A stretch of 36,863 nt of DNA from Catajapyx aquilonaris (taxonomy: Eukaryota): positions 1-36,863 of the forward strand of contig KZ539003.1 in NCBI GenBank assembly GCA_000934665.2, given 5' to 3'. The position numbers were made by a program, and so were the translations under genes. Under the pieces are notes generated by a model. The model was given only the letters and a program-made list of their open reading frames with translations. It was not told where the DNA came from and ran no database searches. This document shows positions 33,147 to 36,863 of the stretch, in pieces (the stretch's first letter is position 1; every line of letters begins with the position of its first letter).

Positions 33147-34474
33147 ATGACTAGAAAACAACTGACGTACACTGTAAAATGAATGACAATAAACTTTAGT
33201 TATCATTGCTTACATCTTTACAATATTGTTGTCTAGAATATATTTCTTGCAACGCCGCTGAGTGGGCCAGACAACCAATATGTCTGGCCAAAAAACGTAA
33301 GAGATTTGGGTTACACTTATTTAACATAATATGATGAAATATTCCTTTCTATTTAGGAACCCCACAGCGTTAGGTATGTGAATACTATGATCATAATTCC
33401 GTTTCAACTGTGCAGTTTGCGCCACTTTACAGGGGACTGCACTTGTGGGAATTATAGCTCAGTATATAGCCAACATGGCAACATTACTGTAGGGAACGTT
33501 GCGTTCGCGTTGGAAGGTGATGTGTCAAGTTAGGTTGGTGCTCCCTAGCTGCCTTGGCGGTGTACAAAAAATGTACCCTAATAATTCAGTGTTCAGATGA
33601 CGTCTTAACTAAGTGATTACTTGTTCTGCTGACATTCGTTTTGTTAAAATGTTGCATGTTGCTTGCTTTAACACATCCTAATGGAGATTTTTAAAATAAC
33701 ATTTTGTTTATTAGCCCACCACTCCACTTATTGGGGGGGGGGGGCGAACTCTATTGGGGTTGTGCAAGTAATATGGAAATAAACCACTGTAATAAAGATG
33801 ATTTTGTATGACAAATGATTGCTTTTAATTAATTATTACTCCTAATGACTTTCACTATTATGCGTTACTGATTCTACAGTATTAAAATTATTCATGTTTT
33901 GCAGGGCTTTTAGTATTGACCTGCATTATATCAGCCTGGCTAGAGCAAAGTATAGAAAATCCTTCTTGGCAGTTTCAAAACCAGGCTATCTTAAATTTTC
34001 AATCGATTATTGTGATTTTGTGTTTGGATAATGATTTCCGTGCTTTGGATATCGCATGTGATAGGCGACATGGCAAAGCATAATTTTAAAACATATTTTA
34101 GTTTTCACCTGGGCCGTGAAGAAAGCGCAAATTCAGACATTCGCGTTTCCTGATAATTCTGTTCTGAAATAGGTAGCCTGGTTTTGATAATGACATACTC
34201 AAAAATATTGAATTTCGCTTCAATGCAAAACCATCAATCTGATTTTTTAGCGATATAACTTACGTGTTCCAATATTAAACATGTAGGCTACCAATAACTC
34301 CATAATTTTATCAGCTTCAAAAATATGGCTACGTGAAATTTTTGGACTTTCCGTAGTTACCCACTGACACCCTGAACATTTTTGACTGGCCCATATAGTA
34401 ACACCTTGCTTTGTGTAGGCTACCAGTGCTCCTTAAAATATCAATTATGCTTATAACTCACTCTCCATATATGG

Positions 34475-34867
34475 CAGGGGTTCCCAACCAGGGGTTCCCG
34501 TACTAGGAGGGCCACCTTGTACCCCCTGGAGGTCCTCCAGGGGGTACGAGGTGGCCCTCTGGGGGTACGAAGCTAAGTACCCCTGAGTCCAAATCGAGCA
34601 ATTTTGGACATAGCACAGCCAATAAGACTAGTGGCTTGCACAAAGGAAAATAGCTGGATTATAATCGCAAAAATGACTTTAATTTTCTTTCACTTCATCA
34701 TATTCCTGGTCCCAAAATATTGATTATAATAAGGTAGTTATCACGATTATCAGGGATTAGTTAAATGTCAAGGATTCGGTAAATTTTTCATCCTAGTAGG
34801 GGGTACGAGAAGGACCAGCTGCTCTCAAAGAGGTACGAATAAGGCCCGAAAAGGTTGGGAACCACTG
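34475..34867. mobile_element. hAT/Charlie-type MITE
   Basis: CAGGGGTTCCCAACC ... GGTTGGGAACCACTG with GGGGTACG subterminal repeats. TSD only partly conserved (ATATATGG vs ATATAATT). Confidence 0.8.
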
Positions 34868-35110
34868 ATATAATTATGGCTAACTCAACACACTCTCTGC
34901 AGTGGCATTTGTGGTCTTCTCGGCGCCTTTGAATGAAGCCTTTATTTGCAAATCATGACATGAGAGCACCAGGAAATACCATTTGGCCTTTCATGTGTAG
35001 ATGTGGTCACTTTGCCGGTTAACCAATGATGCATTAGGCCAATCATTTTAGGGGGGGAAAAGGGCCAAACATCAAATCAAATTGTAACAAAAGCAAAGAT
35101 TAGGTTTTTA

Positions 35111-35363
35111 GGACGACACGGTGGCGTAGTGGTTAGTGCAGCAGCCTTCCACCTCTAAGGTCCCGAGTTCGATCCCTTGTCGGATGGAGGATACTTATGT
35201 GGATAGAGCTTCAATGGGTTCTCTCCGTGTTCGGGTGGATTTTCTCGGGGTTCTCCCGTTTCCTCCCACTATCAAAATCCATCACAGCAAAGGCAATGAT
35301 TAAAGACGGTCAACGAAAAGATGACCCCCTAAGAGGCCCAAGGAGGCCTATCACGGGGTATCA

Positions 35364-35429
<66 letters not shown>
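35111..35429 (+). mobile_element. tRNA-derived SINE family B with V-domain-like core and (TTA)n tail
   Basis: A box TGGCGTAGTGG, B box GTTCGATCC, core GTTCTCTCCGTGTTCGGGTGGATTTTCTCGGGGTTCTCCCGTTTCCTCCCAC, tail CCCCCTAA...ACGGGGTATCA(ATT)n. Confidence 0.85.
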
Positions 35430-35768
35430 TTATATACCCCGTTATAGGGCCATAGGCCCTTATAGGGGAGTGGGACACCACCATTTTTTCGTTCGATTTT
35501 CTATATTTTTCTTCCAACTCCGGTGCAAGGACGAAAGGACATGGGGTAAGGATAGGGATTTATTGGGGAGGGAACATAGGTGCAAGTGCAATGTCAACAA
35601 ATGGGTCATGTGCTGTCCCCCAGGAGGGTAGGTTGCCAGACACCTCCTTGGTGCAGGTCAGAGACCCTCCTGACGCAGGTGAAAGGAAAGTTCCCCAGGC
35701 GGGGATCGAACCTGGGGCCTTTCACTCAGCAAGCCGTGACGTTACCATCACGGCCACCACACCTCCCC
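35430..35768 (-). mobile_element. tRNA-derived SINE family C
   Basis: Minus-strand head GGGGAGGTGTGGTGGCCGTGATGG (A box) ... GGTTCGATCCCC (B box). Tail CCCCTATAAGGGCCTATGGGCCCTATAACGGGGTAT. (TTA)n on both sides. Confidence 0.82.
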
Positions 35769-35799
35769 ATTATTATTATTATTATTATTGTTAAGTAAG

Positions 35800-36863
35800 G
35801 GTCTTTCGACTTAGAAAACCATCCCAAACAACATATCAAAAGTCGGCAAATATCTAAACACGGGAAAGCCGCCATATTGGAGGCCATCTTGGATAGACTG
35901 AGACATCAGTAAAATGCACATAACTGACGCTATATGGCGTCGACATCCAGTACGGTTTTTTTTGGACTCAGAAAACTTTCGCAAGCAACATATCAAAAGT
36001 CTCGGAAAATCGAAGCATGGAAAATCCGCCATCTTGATCGCCATCTTGGATTGACTGTGAAATCAGTAAAATGGGCATAAGTGACTCGGAAAAGCTCCAA
36101 TTTCCTTCCAACATGTATCCAATGACAGTTCTTTGAACCAGGAATGTAAATACAGTGAAACATGTCCATAATGGACCCTGGGTTTAATAGGCCTTGAGCC
36201 AGGACCTCAAATTTAGGCTTTCGGTACCACTCGGGGGGACCGGTTCTATTGTGATTTTTTAGCAAGGTATGGATCCCTAGAGATGGAAAATAGGTGATAG
36301 CAAGTCATAACTCTCGGCCTTCTGTCTGAAATTATTGAATTAATAACCATAACCGAAAAAATCCCAGTTTTCATATTTTTCGCAAATATCGCACAAATTC
36401 ATCAGAATATTTGGACAAATAAATCTAATTATACTTGAGTAAGTTAATTCAATGCATATTTAAGCTAATTTAATTATTATATTTATATTTATATTTAAAA
36501 ATTTAAATTAAATATTAGTAGACTAGACGGATTTCCGAAAAAAGACCTCGGATAAGCATGTGAGGTGCATTTTTTAGTAGAAGTTGGGAACCACATTTTC
36601 TAACATAAATAGAATGCGCTGAATCCGATAGGCCCGGTTCCCAAGCCGAATTTTGATTGCTTGACCTCGTAATTAGCCAAAACAAAATGGCTGTCAATGT
36701 CCATAATAATTAATATGCAGGTATATTTCATAACTCTGGAACGGCTGAACGGATTTGATTGATTTTTTTCGGGTAATATAAAAGACCATAAATGTAGGTC
36801 AAATAGGTGGTTTGAGTAGAGGTCAAAGGTCAAGGTCAAAGGTCAAACGGTCAAAGGCGTTCC
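35800..36863. repeat. Unclassified interspersed repeat with internal tandem duplication, running off the window end
   Basis: Two ~160-bp related units (CAACATATCAAAAGTC...CGCCATCTTGGAT..ACTG..A.ATCAGTAAAATG at ~35829 and ~35986) and terminal (A)AGGTCA repeats. Confidence 0.5.

Noticed and set aside
35111..35185. Possible tRNA gene (A and B boxes)
   Set aside because: The cloverleaf is imperfect and the sequence continues into a SINE body and (TTA)n tail. The same applies to 35695-35768 and 20666-20745.

Overview
Eukaryotic (animal, most likely arthropod) genomic DNA with spliceosomal introns, not prokaryotic. The left ~14.5 kb holds the 5' part of a minus-strand BTB/POZ gene (BTBD17/Tango10-like; two coding exons visible). 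Its introns and upstream region are packed with DNA transposons: an intron-containing Tc1 DD34E element, a decayed mariner with a multi-level nest of insertions, hAT, Kolobok and pogo-type MITEs, and several long near-perfect palindromes. The right ~20 kb holds a tandem array of four intact plus-strand genes for secreted single-domain AA15-type lytic polysaccharide monooxygenases (signal peptide, His1 histidine brace, 10 shared Cys). Three of the four deviate at copper-site second-sphere positions. Between them lie a 2.36-kb fold-back hAT element made of two transposase 3' ends with an 8-bp TSD, twin MITEs flanking paralog 2, a non-autonomous Helitron, and three tRNA-derived SINE families that share a 3' stem-loop. 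All splice models and family assignments were read by eye; no searches were run.
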